Part shown: piece by piece, positions 8,868 to 19,142 of the stretch | Layout of the letters: every line of letters begins with the position of its first letter | Position numbering within the stretch: the first letter of the stretch is position 1 | Source of the DNA: an uncultured Gemmatimonadales bacterium | GTDB taxonomy: Bacteria > Gemmatimonadota > Gemmatimonadetes > Longimicrobiales > RSA9 | NCBI GenBank assembly: GCA_963798845.1 | Contig: CAWCUS010000006.1 | Location: 1,216,001 to 1,280,000 of the forward strand | Direction of reading: 5' to 3' | Length of the DNA stretch: 64,000 nt | Notes under the pieces: model-generated | Told to the model about the DNA's origin: nothing | The model's database searches: none | What the model saw: the letters and a program-made list of their open reading frames with translations, nothing else | Position numbers and translations under genes: made by a program

Positions 8868-10703
8868 ATGCGTCGTGCTCTCGTCCTGCTGCTCGCCCTC
8901 GGCGCTGCAGCGTGCCAGGACCTGACCCAGCCCGAAGCCCCCCAGGAATCCCTCTCTTCCGTGGCGCCCCAGGCCTCGGTGCAGAGCGGCCGCGACCGTG
9001 TGGTGGGGGGAGAGGTGATCGTCAAGCTGAAGGACGGCGTGGACGCCGCGGCGGTGGCGAACGACCACGGTCTCGCGCTGGGCCGCAGCGGCTACCATGA
9101 CGCGTTCCGGATCTTCCGCGGGGCGGCCGGATCGGAGCACGCGAACGCCGCGGCGGTGGCGCGGGACGCTCGCGTGGTGTACGCGGAGCCGAATTACCTG
9201 CGCCAGACCACGGAGCTCAACCCGAAGCTCTGGGCGTTCTACAACCCGGGCGGTCTGCATCTCGAGTACACCCGTGGCAAGAACAACGGCCAGATCGTGA
9301 CCGGGTACGACTCCAAGGCGGACGCGGACGAGGACAACATCGACAGCGGCTTCGGTGCGGGCGGCGGGAACGTCGTGATCGGCAGCATCGACACGGGCGT
9401 GCAGCTCAACCACACGGAGTTCCAGGGCGTGACCCTGATCGCGGGCCAGGACTGGTACTCCGGCGACAGCGACCCGTCCGACGAGGACGGCCACGGCACG
9501 CACACGACGGGGACCATGGTCGGCCGCACGGTCGGCGTGGCCGGCGTCTCCGGCGCCGGCGGCCACGTGAGCGTGTACGTCCAGCGCGTGTGCGGTGCGG
9601 TGGGCTGCCCGACGTCCGCGATCGTGAGCGCGATCCGCGCGGCGGCGGACTACGGTGTGGTGGCGATGAACATGAGCCTGGGCGGGTCCAGCGAGTCGCA
9701 GTCGGAGAAGGACGCCATCGCCTACGCCACCAGCAAGAACGCGCTCGTGATCGCGTCCGCGGGCAACGACGGGACGGGGACTGTCTCGTGCCCGGCGTGC
9801 GATGCGAACGCGATCTCCGTCGCCGCGACGAACTGGCAGGACGAGCTCTCGTACTATTCGAACTGGGGGGCCGGGCTCGACATCTCGGCGCCCGGCGGGG
9901 AGATGTACTCGAACACCACCGCGGACGGCGGGATCTACAGCTCGTACCTGGGCGGCGGATACGCCTACCTGCAGGGGACGTCGATGGCCGCGCCGCAGGT
10001 CACGGGCACGGCGGGCGTCGTGGCGTCGGTGACCGGGCTGCGCGGCTCCGGGCTCCGCAGCCGGATCCTCGGAACGGCGGACGACCTGCACGACGCCACC
10101 CATTTCGGCGCCGGGCGAGTCAACACCTACCGCGCCGTGACGAACACCACGCTCTCCGCCGCCAACGACGTGCCCGGCGGAGGCGGAACCGGGAACCAGC
10201 CGCCGACCGCCGCGTTCACGTCCAGCTGCGCGGGCCTGGCCTGCACGTTCACGGATGGCAGCAGCGACAGCGATGGCACGATCGCCAGCCGCAGCTGGGT
10301 GTTCGGTGATGGCGCCACGTCGTCGGCGACGAGCCCGTCCCACACCTACTCGTCCGGCGGCACCTACACGGTGACGCTCACGGTCACGGACAACGACGGC
10401 GGGACGAACTCCGTCAGCCACGACGTGAACCCCACGTCGGGCGGCGGCAGCGACGTGATCGAGCTGACGGTCGCGCGGTCGACGCACGGTCCGAACGTAT
10501 TCGCGGACCTGTCCTGGACCGGCGCGAGCGCGGGCAGCGTGGACATCTGGCGAGGCCTGAACGGCAGCGCGCTGGCGCTCTACACCACGACGTCCAACAG
10601 CGGCTCGTACTCGGACAAGCTGGGGAAGAACTTCAACGGCAGCGCGCAGTACAAGGTGTGCGACGCCGGAACGAGCGTGTGCTCGACCATCGCCGGGTTC
10701 TGA
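8868..10703 (+). CDS. S8 subtilisin-like serine protease lipoprotein with PKD domain
   Basis: Lipobox-like GAAAC; triad IDTG, HGTH, GTSMA; C-terminal PKD (W.FGDG, HTY..GTYTVTLTVTD). Confidence 0.93.
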   Translation: MRRALVLLLALGAAACQDLTQPEAPQESLSSVAPQASVQSGRDRVVGGEVIVKLKDGVDAAAVANDHGLALGRSGYHDAFRIFRGAAGSEHANAAAVARDARVVYAEPNYLRQTTELNPKLWAFYNPGGLHLEYTRGKNNGQIVTGYDSKADADEDNIDSGFGAGGGNVVIGSIDTGVQLNHTEFQGVTLIAGQDWYSGDSDPSDEDGHGTHTTGTMVGRTVGVAGVSGAGGHVSVYVQRVCGAVGCPTSAIVSAIRAAADYGVVAMNMSLGGSSESQSEKDAIAYATSKNALVIASAGNDGTGTVSCPACDANAISVAATNWQDELSYYSNWGAGLDISAPGGEMYSNTTADGGIYSSYLGGGYAYLQGTSMAAPQVTGTAGVVASVTGLRGSGLRSRILGTADDLHDATHFGAGRVNTYRAVTNTTLSAANDVPGGGGTGNQPPTAAFTSSCAGLACTFTDGSSDSDGTIASRSWVFGDGATSSATSPSHTYSSGGTYTVTLTVTDNDGGTNSVSHDVNPTSGGGSDVIELTVARSTHGPNVFADLSWTGASAGSVDIWRGLNGSALALYTTTSNSGSYSDKLGKNFNGSAQYKVCDAGTSVCSTIAGF

Positions 10704-10738
10704 CGGGGCTCTGAAAACGGCGAACGGCCCCTGACCGG

Positions 10739-10769
10739 GAGCGGGCCGGGCATCGCGCCCGGCCCGCTC
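10739..10769 (+). terminator. 13-bp stem hairpin downstream of the S8 protease
   Basis: GAGCGGGCCGGGC-ATCGC-GCCCGGCCCGCTC; weak U-tract. Confidence 0.5.
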
Positions 10770-10885
10770 TCGCCATCTCAGACGGCGCCGGTCGTGTTAC
10801 TTTACTCCCTGTGGATGCAACACCTGGCTGTGCGGCCGACTCCGGAGCCGGCGAGACCCGCGGCCGCGATGAGGCCCCGGACCCG

Positions 10886-12611
10886 ATGCGTCGTCTCGCC
10901 TGCCTGCTGGTCGTCCTCGTGCTCGCCGCCTGTGCCGGCGATGGCACGGGCCCTTCGACCCCCGCCGTGACCGTGGTCGCCGGCGACCGGCAGAGCACCC
11001 GGGCGGGCACGGCATTCCCTTCGCCGGTGGTCCTCCAGGCGCTGGACGCCGACGGGCGTGCGGCCGCCGGGGTGCGGCTTCACTGGACGCTGGACCGCGG
11101 CGCACCGCGCGACACGGTCCTGGAGACCGGCCCGGACGGTCGCGCGGAGCTCTCCGTCCGGGGCGACACGCTGGCCGGCACCGTTTCGGCGAGCGTTTCC
11201 CCGGCCGGCTCCGACGGCCGGGCTACGGAGGTCCGCCTCACCGTCCTCGCCGGCGTCGCGACGCGCGCGGATCCGCTCCCGGACTCGGTGCGGGTCGCGG
11301 TGGATCCCTTCGCCCCGCCGGCGCCCCGGTTCCGCGACCGGTGGGGGAACGTCGTGACGGACCGCCGGCCGAAGTGGACGTCCGGCGGACGCGAGCGTGG
11401 TGGCGACGGACCGGGAGGGTCTGCTGGTTCGGTCCCCCGGCGAAGCCCTGGTGACGGCGAGGCTGGACAGCGCGCGCGTAACGACCCGTCTGATCGTGGT
11501 AGGCTGGACGGCCATGGCCGCCGGCGGAGCCACCAGCTGCGCGGTCACCTCCGAGGGGCGGCTCTATTGCTGGGGCGCCGATCGGGGCCTCTTCGGCGGT
11601 GCGCCGGCCGAGACGTGCGCGTCCGCGGTCCCGTGCCACCCGGACCCCGTGGCGGTCGCTCCGGAGCTGCGTCTCCGGGACGTCGCCATCGGCGTTTCCC
11701 ACGTGTGCGGGCTCGATACCCTGGGCTCGGCCTGGTGCTGGGGGACGAACGAGGTGGGGGAGCTGGGCGACGGCACCACCACGGACCGCGCGGCCCCGGC
11801 CCCCGCGGCGGAGGGCCACACGTTCGTCGACATCGCCGCTGGCCGGCGAGTGACCTGCGGCCGGGAAGGGAGCGGCCAGGTGTGGTGCTGGGGCGACCGG
11901 AGCGGCGGGCAGATCGGCGACGGTCAGGATCTCGACACGCCGGCCCTTCGCCCCGTCGCCGTGGCAGGCGGCCCGTACGACCGGATCACGGCCGGCGGGG
12001 GAGCAGTGTGCGGCCTGACCGCGGACGGCGCCGCGGAGTGCTGGGGCTTCCTGTACGACCATTCCGAGGGGATCACTGCGTACTCCAGGCGACACCGGTC
12101 TCCGATCCCGTGGGGAGCGCCGCTCCGCTTCGCCGCTCTCGCGGTCGGGGCGCTGCCGTGGTATTGCGGCGTGGACGACCAGTCGGAGGTCGTCTGCTGG
12201 GGGCACAACGACCAGGGCCAGCTGGGGAACGGGAGCGACGACCCGGCCACCATCCCGACCCTCGCCGTCGGGGTGCCGCCCGCGAGGGCCGTGGCCGCCG
12301 GGGTCGGGTTCGCCTGCGCCGTGACCGAGCGCGGCGTCGCCTGGTGCTGGGGCGCCAGCGGCTTCGGGCAGACCGGGAGCGCGGTCCAGACCACGTGCCG
12401 GGCCGACCACTACCCGTGCTCCCCGACGCCCGCGCCGCTGACGGGAACGGAGGGCAGGGGCCTCCGCGCCATCGTCGCCGGGGACGACTACTCGCTCGCC
12501 CTGGACGGCGCCGGGCGGCTCTACGCGTGGGGCTTCAATCTCTACGGCGAGACCGCGGCCAGCAGGCCCGCGCACGTCTCGCTGATCCACACGATCGCGC
12601 TGCCGCTGTAG
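10886..12611 (+). CDS. Ig-like domain + RCC1-repeat lipoprotein (+1 frameshift near 11381)
   Basis: LAAC lipobox, VAGDRQS Ig-like start; removing one C gives KWTSADASVVAT, joining to repeated CWG-x-N-x-x-G-Q-L-G RCC1 blades. Confidence 0.8.
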
Positions 12612-12929
12612 GCCGGCGGCGGCAGGGGCCCGCGCCGCGCCGGGATGCGCGGGGGGCGCCGGGAATCGACCAATCGTGATCGCCGCAGCGCCGACTGGTC
12701 GAGAAGCGGTCGAAGAGGCCGGAGAGTGACCGTCCGAGCGCGGGGTGGGGGCGCTCGTTGGTCAGTTTGCGGGGTCTGGGACCGGGTTGCGATCCGGCGC
12801 GCTCGACGCCGTGCCGAGTGGTCGGATTCCAGCGCAGCCCGGGCAGCCGGACCGCGGCCGACCGGCCAGCGCAGCCAGCGGTTGGTCAGCGGAGGCCGCG
12901 ACGGCTGCGCTGGCCGCCCGGCGCGCCCC

Positions 12930-12977
12930 CCGCTACTCGAGCCGGCAGCCGCTACTCGAGCCGGCCGCCGCTACTCG
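12930..12977. repeat. 19-bp tandem repeat (about 2.5 copies)
   Basis: CCGCTACTCG at 12930, 12949 and 12968. Confidence 0.75.
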
Positions 12978-13195
12978 GCGCGGGGGCGGCCGAGCCCCCA
13001 CGCCGCGGCCACGGAGCAACCACGACGTGCGGCCGGCTTAGTCGTGCGTGCGTGCGCGCGCTCCACCGCGTAGACTGCGGTCTGACCGGGCCGTCCCGCT
13101 CCCGGGCGGGTGCGGCAAATCGACCTGGTGGACGGTCCGCGGGCGCCCAGCCCGCCGGGCCCCCGGCCACGACATCAACGAACGGAAACGGAGCC

Positions 13196-14095
13196 ATGCA
13201 TCGTCACGTCGCGCGCGCGCGCCCGGCAGCCCTTCTGCTGGGGGCCTTCCTGCTGGCCGGCTTCGCCCCGCCAGCGGCCGGCTTCACCCCGCCAGCGGGT
13301 CCCGGCCACCTGGTGATCATCGGCGGCGGCGATCGCCCCGCCTACCTCATGGAGAAGATCGTGGAGCTGGCGGGCGGAGACGCCTGCCGCATGGTGGTGA
13401 TCCCCATGGCGAGCGCGGAGCCGGTGGACGTGGCGGAGTACCAGAGCCAGCAGCTCCGGGACGCGGGCTGCCCGCAGGTCGGCTTCGTCCAGTTCGACAG
13501 CATCACCGCCAACGATGACGCCACCGTGGCCGCGCTCGATGGCGCCACGGGGATCTTCTTCTCGGGCGGCGACCAGAACCGGCTCACGTCGCACATGCTC
13601 GGCACGCGTGTTCTGGACCGGGTGCGCGAGATCTACCGGGAGGGCGGTGTGCTGGCGGGCACGAGTGCAGGCGCCGCGGTGATGAGCGAGATCATGGTCA
13701 CGGGCGACGAGGCGCTGCACCCGGACGCCGAGTACCCGTTCACCACGATCGAGCGGGGCAACGTAATCACGGCCCCCGGCTTCGGCTTCATCACGCGCGC
13801 GATCATCGACCAGCACTTCATCGCGCGCCAGCGGGAGAATCGCCTGATCTCCCTGGTGCTGGAGCACCCGGAGCTGGTGGGCGTGGGGATCGACGAGGCC
13901 ACCGCGATCATCACTTCGGGCCAGGCCGAGTTCGAGGTTTTCGGGGACAACACCGTCATGGTGATCGACGCGTCGGAGGCCACGGGCATCGGGGTGGACG
14001 ACGACGGCGACCTGGTCGGCCACGGGCTGAAGCTCCACCTGCTCGGGAGCGGCGAGCGCTACGACCTCGCGCGCCGGCGCGTGATCGAGGAGTAG
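13196..14095 (+). CDS. cphE: Cyanophycinase with signal peptide (extracellular CphE-type)
   Basis: LVIIGGG, FFSGGDQNRL, GTSAGA, IIDQHF..RQRENRL, GIDEAT; N-terminal signal peptide. Confidence 0.88.
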   Translation: MHRHVARARPAALLLGAFLLAGFAPPAAGFTPPAGPGHLVIIGGGDRPAYLMEKIVELAGGDACRMVVIPMASAEPVDVAEYQSQQLRDAGCPQVGFVQFDSITANDDATVAALDGATGIFFSGGDQNRLTSHMLGTRVLDRVREIYREGGVLAGTSAGAAVMSEIMVTGDEALHPDAEYPFTTIERGNVITAPGFGFITRAIIDQHFIARQRENRLISLVLEHPELVGVGIDEATAIITSGQAEFEVFGDNTVMVIDASEATGIGVDDDGDLVGHGLKLHLLGSGERYDLARRRVIEE

Positions 14096-14099
14096 CGCC

Positions 14100-15626
14100 A
14101 TGACCGCAGCGGCGGCGCGGGACCCGGGGCGGCCGCGGTTCCAGGCGCCGGACACGTACGTCATCATCTTCTTCGTCATCCTGTTCGCGGCGCTGCTGAC
14201 GTACCTGGTGCCGGCGGGATCGTTCGAGACCACCACCGTCCACTTCATCGACGCGGCCGGCGCGGCCCAGGAGCGGGAGGTGCTGGTGCCGGGCAGCTTC
14301 GAGCTGCTGAGGAACGCCGCCGGAGAGCCGGTGCGGCGCGGCGTCCCGGCCTTCGCGCCGGGCGGGGGCGTCGGCGTTTTCAATTACGCGTTCGAAGGGC
14401 TGGTCTCCGGGAACAAGTTCGGCGCGGCCATCGGCGTCGTCGCCTTCATCCTGGTCATCGGCGGCGCGTTCGGGATCGTGCTGCGGACGGGCGCCATCGA
14501 GGCGGGGATCCTGGCGGTCATCAAGCGGACGGCCGGCGCGGAAGCGCTCATCGTTCCCGTGATGTTCGTGCTCTTCTCGGTGGGCGGCGCCGTCTTCGGG
14601 ATGGGCGAGGAGGCGATCGCGTTCGCCATGATCCTGGTGCCGCTCGTGCTCGCCCTCGGCTACGACGCCATCGTGGGGGTGCTCATCACCTACGTCGCCA
14701 CGCAGGTGGGGTTCGCCACGTCGTGGATGAACCCGTTCAGCGTGGCGATCGCGCAGGGCGTGGCGGACGTGCCGGTGATGTCCGGTGCGCCCTTCCGGAT
14801 CTTCATGTGGGCGTTCTTCACCCTGTTCGGGACCGGCTGGACGTGGTGGTACGCGCAGCGGGTGCGGCGGACGCCGGAGCGCTCGCCGCTGCACGGCATT
14901 CCGAACCCGCTGGCGAGGGAGGTGGAGGAGGCGCGGGCGCTCGATCCGGCGTTCACGTTCGGCCACAAGCTGGTGCTCCTGAGCGTGCTCGCCACCGTGG
15001 TCTGGGTCGTGTGGGGCGTCGTCGCCCGGCAGTACTACATCCCCGAGATCGCTACCCAGTTCTTCGTCATGGGCGTGGCGGCGGGGATCATCGGCGCGCT
15101 GTTCCGGCTCAACGACATGGGCGTCAACGACATCGGCCGGGCTTTCCGGACGGGTGCCCGCGACATCCTGGACGCGGCGCTCATCGTCGGCATGGCCAAG
15201 GGGATCGTGCTCGTCCTGGGCGGCGACACGCCCGCCGAGCCATCCGTGCTCAACACGCTCCTGCACGAGGCGAGCGTGATCGCCACGCTGCCGGCCGCCG
15301 CGTCCGCGTGGCTCATGCTCGTGTTCCAGTCCATCTTCAACTTCTTCGTGGTCTCCGGGTCGGGGCAGGCGGCCCTCACCATGCCGCTCATGGCCCCTCT
15401 CGCCGACCTCGCCGGCGTGACCCGCCAGGTGGCCGTGCTCGCCTTCCAGCTCGGCGACGGCTTCACCAACATCATCGTCCCGACGTCGGGCGCACTGATC
15501 GGCACGCTGGGGGTGGCCCGGGTCGAGTGGGCGATCTGGGCGCGCTTCATCTGGAAGTTCCTGCTGGCGCTGATCGTCGCCGCCTCCGCGTTCGTGGTGT
15601 TCGCGGTGGCCATCGGATACCACTGA
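14100..15626 (+). CDS. yfcC: YfcC/DcuC-family (basic amino acid antiporter-like) transporter
   Basis: PDTYVIIF..LTYLVPAG, MGEEAIAF, MNPFSVAIAQG, SGSGQA, AFQLGDGFTN; multi-TM. Confidence 0.85.
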   Translation: MTAAAARDPGRPRFQAPDTYVIIFFVILFAALLTYLVPAGSFETTTVHFIDAAGAAQEREVLVPGSFELLRNAAGEPVRRGVPAFAPGGGVGVFNYAFEGLVSGNKFGAAIGVVAFILVIGGAFGIVLRTGAIEAGILAVIKRTAGAEALIVPVMFVLFSVGGAVFGMGEEAIAFAMILVPLVLALGYDAIVGVLITYVATQVGFATSWMNPFSVAIAQGVADVPVMSGAPFRIFMWAFFTLFGTGWTWWYAQRVRRTPERSPLHGIPNPLAREVEEARALDPAFTFGHKLVLLSVLATVVWVVWGVVARQYYIPEIATQFFVMGVAAGIIGALFRLNDMGVNDIGRAFRTGARDILDAALIVGMAKGIVLVLGGDTPAEPSVLNTLLHEASVIATLPAAASAWLMLVFQSIFNFFVVSGSGQAALTMPLMAPLADLAGVTRQVAVLAFQLGDGFTNIIVPTSGALIGTLGVARVEWAIWARFIWKFLLALIVAASAFVVFAVAIGYH

Positions 15627-15704
15627 GACACCGCACCTCACGATGCGCTTCACGCACCGACCGCTGCCGGCGACGGCCGCCACCGACTCCATCGAGGTCC
15701 GCCC

Positions 15705-16935
15705 ATGACCAGCCACGAAGACACGCCCGCTCCGCTCCTCGTCCGTGACGCGGAGGTCTACGCCCCGGAACCGCTCGGGCGCCGCGACATCCTCTGCGCC
15801 GGCGGCCGCATCGTGGCGGTGGCCCCGGATCTGACGATCCCGGCGTCGCTCGGGGCCCGGGAAGTGGACGCGGGCGGGCGCACCGTCATCCCGGGCCTGA
15901 TCGACGGCCACGTCCACATCGCTGGGGCCGGCGGCGAGGGCGGTCCGGCCACGCGGACGCCGGAGGTGCCGCTGTCCTGGCTGGTGGCGGGCGGGACCAC
16001 CACCGTGGTGGGGCTGCTGGGCGCGGACGGCGTCACGCGCGGCGTCGAGAGCGTGCTGATGCGGGCGAAGGGGCTCCGCGCGGAGGGGATCTCGGCGTGG
16101 ATCTGGACCGGCGCCTACCCGGTCCCGACGCCGACCCTCACCGGCGACATCACCCGGGACCTGGCCCTGATCGAGGAAGTGATCGGGGCGGGCGAGATCG
16201 CCATCGCCGACCACCGCTCGTCCAGCCCCACGGTGCACGACCTGGTGGCGCTGGCCAAGGCGGTCGCGCCTCGGCGGGATGCTCGGCGGGAAGTGCGGCC
16301 TGGTCCACCTCCACCTCGGCGACGCCGAGGACCCGTTCCGCCTGATCCGCGAAGCCGTGGCCACGAGCGAGCTCACGTACCGCCAGTTCCACCCCACGCA
16401 CGCGAACCGGAGCCGGGCGGTCTTCGAAGCGGCGAAATCGTACGGCCGCGAAGCCACGCTCGACCTCACCACGTCGGCATGGCCGGCCTTCCCCGACGAG
16501 GAGGTGAAGCCCTCACGGGCGCTGCGCGAGCTCGTGGACGCGGGCGTTCCGCTGGATCACATCACGTTCACGTCCGACGCCGGCGGCTCGCTCCCGCAGT
16601 TCGACGCGCAAGGGGAGCTGCTGTCTCTGACGTCGGGCCGGCCGGAGTCGCTCTGGCGCGAGGTGCGGGATACGGTCGAGGAGGAAGGCATCGCCATGGA
16701 AACGGCGCTGCTCCCGGTCACCGCCACACCCGCGCGGCTGTTGCGCCTGCCCCGCAAGGGCCGGGTCGCGGTCGGAGCCGACGCCGACCTCCTTCTCCTC
16801 GACTCCGCGCTCGAGCCGTGCTGGGTGATCGCGCGCGGACGAGTGATGGTGGAGGACGGCCAGGTGAGGGCCCGGGGGACGTTCGAGGAGGGCGGGGAAG
16901 GCCGGTCGGGCGGGGAAGGCAGGTCGGGCGGGTAA
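15705..16935 (+). CDS. iadA: Isoaspartyl dipeptidase (beta-aspartyl peptidase), +1 frameshift near 16263
   Basis: IDGHVHIAGAGGEGG, GLLGADG, GEIAIADHRSS, then after the shift GGMLGGK.G..HLHLG, PTH.NR, TSDAGGSLP. Confidence 0.88.
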
Positions 16936-17123
16936 GGCGACGGCGAGTCCGCCGCCAGCAGGCCCGCGCACGACTCACCGCGGGAGACGATCCGGGTGCC
17001 GCGGCGGGGCCCCGGCCGCCGATCCCCGGGTAGCTTGACGCGCCCGGGCCGCGCGCGGTATACCTGCAGGTGCTTCCCCTTCCGACCCTCGGGTCGTGCA
17101 CGTGGTCCTCTCTTCCCGACGAC

Positions 17124-18197
17124 ATGCGCATGGAAACGCGTCCGTGGTACCCCGTGACCCACGCGGACGACGGCGTCCCGGCCACGAACACCGACGCGGA
17201 TGTGCTCGCAACGGCCGCATCCTGGCGGGCTGGCGGGAGGGACGTGGCACTGGCCACGGTGGTGGGTACCTGGGGCTCCTCGCCCCGGGCGGCCGGGAGC
17301 CACATGGCGGTGGCCGGCGACGGCGCGTTCGTCGGCTCGGTGTCCGGCGGCTGCGTGGAGGCCGCCGTGGTGGAGGCCGCCCTGGAAGTGATCCGGACCG
17401 GCGAGTGCCGGAGCCTGTCCTTCGGCGTGAATGATGAGACGGCGTGGGAGGTCGGGCTGGCGTGCGGAGGCCAGGTGGCGATCCATGTCGACCCGGTGCG
17501 GGACGCGCTCCTGCCGGAGCTGCTCCGCGCGCTGGAAAGGAAGCGGGCGGCCGTGGTCGCAACGCGCCTGGACGGTGGCGAGCAGGAGCTCCTCTTCCCG
17601 CTGGAGGCGGACGCTGAAGCGCGCAGCGGCGCCTGGCCGGTCGACGCGGCGCGCCGGGCGCTGCTGGACGACCTGCCCGCCACGGTGTCCGACGCGTCGG
17701 GCGAAGTGTTCCTCCGGCCGTACAACCCGCCGGTGCGGCTGGTGGTGGTGGGCGCGGTCCACATCGCTGCGCCCCTGGCCCGCATGGCCGCCACGACCGG
17801 CCTGGAAGTGCACCTCGTCGATCCCCGTACCGCGTTCGCCACCGACGAGCGGTTTCCGGGCCTGCACCTGGTTCGCGCGTGGCCGCGCAAGGCGCTCGAG
17901 GAGCTGCGGCCGGACCACCGTACCGCCGTGGTGACGCTCACCCACGACGCGAAGCTGGACGACCCCGCCCTCGTCGCCGCGCTCGCCACCCCCGCCTTCT
18001 ACATCGGCGCCCTCGGGAGCCGGCGCACGCACGCGAAGCGCCTCGCGCGTCTGCGGGAGCAGGGTGTCGCCGAGGATGCGGTCGCCCGGATCCGTGCGCC
18101 GGTCGGGCTGGACATCGGCGCCCGCACCCCTGCCGAGATCGCCCTCTCGATTCTGGCCGAGCTGGTGGGCGAGCTGCGCCGGGCCACAGCGTCGTGA
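17124..18197 (+). CDS. xdhC: XdhC/CoxI family molybdo-hydroxylase maturation factor
   Basis: ALATVV.TWGSSPR, GSVSGGCVE, GLACGG, YIGALGSRR, APVGLDIG..TPAEIA. Confidence 0.9.
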   Translation: MRMETRPWYPVTHADDGVPATNTDADVLATAASWRAGGRDVALATVVGTWGSSPRAAGSHMAVAGDGAFVGSVSGGCVEAAVVEAALEVIRTGECRSLSFGVNDETAWEVGLACGGQVAIHVDPVRDALLPELLRALERKRAAVVATRLDGGEQELLFPLEADAEARSGAWPVDAARRALLDDLPATVSDASGEVFLRPYNPPVRLVVVGAVHIAAPLARMAATTGLEVHLVDPRTAFATDERFPGLHLVRAWPRKALEELRPDHRTAVVTLTHDAKLDDPALVAALATPAFYIGALGSRRTHAKRLARLREQGVAEDAVARIRAPVGLDIGARTPAEIALSILAELVGELRRATAS

Positions 18198-18355
18198 GCG
18201 CCGGCACCGCACCGCTGCGGTGATCCTCGCGGCCACGGCCCGTCCAGCCGGGCGGGCGGGCGGCCAATGCGTCACACCGCGGTGAGATCGCCGGCGGATG
18301 CTATCTTGGAACCCGGGTCGTGACGTCCGCTCTTCCTCTCGAGAGGGTCGCTTCC

Positions 18356-19009
18356 ATGCACATCGCACTGCTCGGTGACTCGACGTTCGACAACGGGGCG
18401 TACACCGACGGCGGGCCGGCCGTGGTGGACCACCTGAACCGGCTCCTGGAGGGCACGGGGCGCGCGACGCTCCTCGCCCGGGATGGCGCCACGCTGGCCA
18501 CCGTCCACGCGCAGCTGGAGGCGCTGAGCGGCCTCATCAGCGAGCCGGACGGCCCCACGCACGTGGCGCTGAGCGCCGGCGGAAACGACTTGCTGGGGAT
18601 GATCGACGTGCTGGCGGAGCCGGTGGGGTCGGTGGGGGAGGGGCTGCTGCGGCTGCGCCAGGCGGCGCGGCGTTTCGGAGCGAGCTACCGGGCGCTCCTC
18701 GACGCCGTGGTCGAGGCAGGGCTGCCCCCGGTGATCTGCACGGTCTACAACGGCGCGTTCGAGGACCCCGCCTACCACGCCATGGTGGAAACGGCGCTGC
18801 GCGTGTTCGACCAGGAGATCGTGAACGCGGGTGTCGAGCGTCAGGTGCCCGTGGTGGACCTGCGCAGCGTTTGCGCCAGCCCCGATGACTACTGGAACCC
18901 GATCGAGCCGGGCGAGCGCGGGGGCGCGAGGATCGCGGCGGCCATCGCGCAGGCGTTCCGGATTCGCACGCCGGCGGCCGATCCTTCGCCCGCGACGCCC
19001 GTGACCTGA
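18356..19009 (+). CDS. SGNH/GDSL hydrolase family protein
   Basis: LLGDSTFDN, ARDGA, SAGGND; block V reads NPIEP. Confidence 0.8.
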   Translation: MHIALLGDSTFDNGAYTDGGPAVVDHLNRLLEGTGRATLLARDGATLATVHAQLEALSGLISEPDGPTHVALSAGGNDLLGMIDVLAEPVGSVGEGLLRLRQAARRFGASYRALLDAVVEAGLPPVICTVYNGAFEDPAYHAMVETALRVFDQEIVNAGVERQVPVVDLRSVCASPDDYWNPIEPGERGGARIAAAIAQAFRIRTPAADPSPATPVT

Positions 19010-19142
19010 GCGAGGCAGCCAGCGCTGACGGCTAGGGCTCCCCGCCCTCCACGGCACTCCAGAAGCCAATGCCGCGACGCGTGTCGTGGTCGGCCATCAT
19101 CGTATCCCGGGCCGCGATCCCGGTGGGCGCGATCGACTCGGG

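Noticed and set aside
16891..16932. Short in-frame repeats (GGEGRS x2 in IadA, AGFxPPA x2 in cyanophycinase, poly-Gly in FmdB) and the 21-bp GC repeat near 52840
   Set aside because: Low-complexity slippage duplications with no sign of function
15705..16935. iadA and other split genes as pseudogenes or programmed frameshifts
   Set aside because: Motifs intact, no slippery sequences seen, all +1; more consistent with sequencing error
17035..17064. Sigma-70 promoters at 17035 (TTGACG) and 38807 (TTGACA)
   Set aside because: -10 boxes imperfect or spacing wrong
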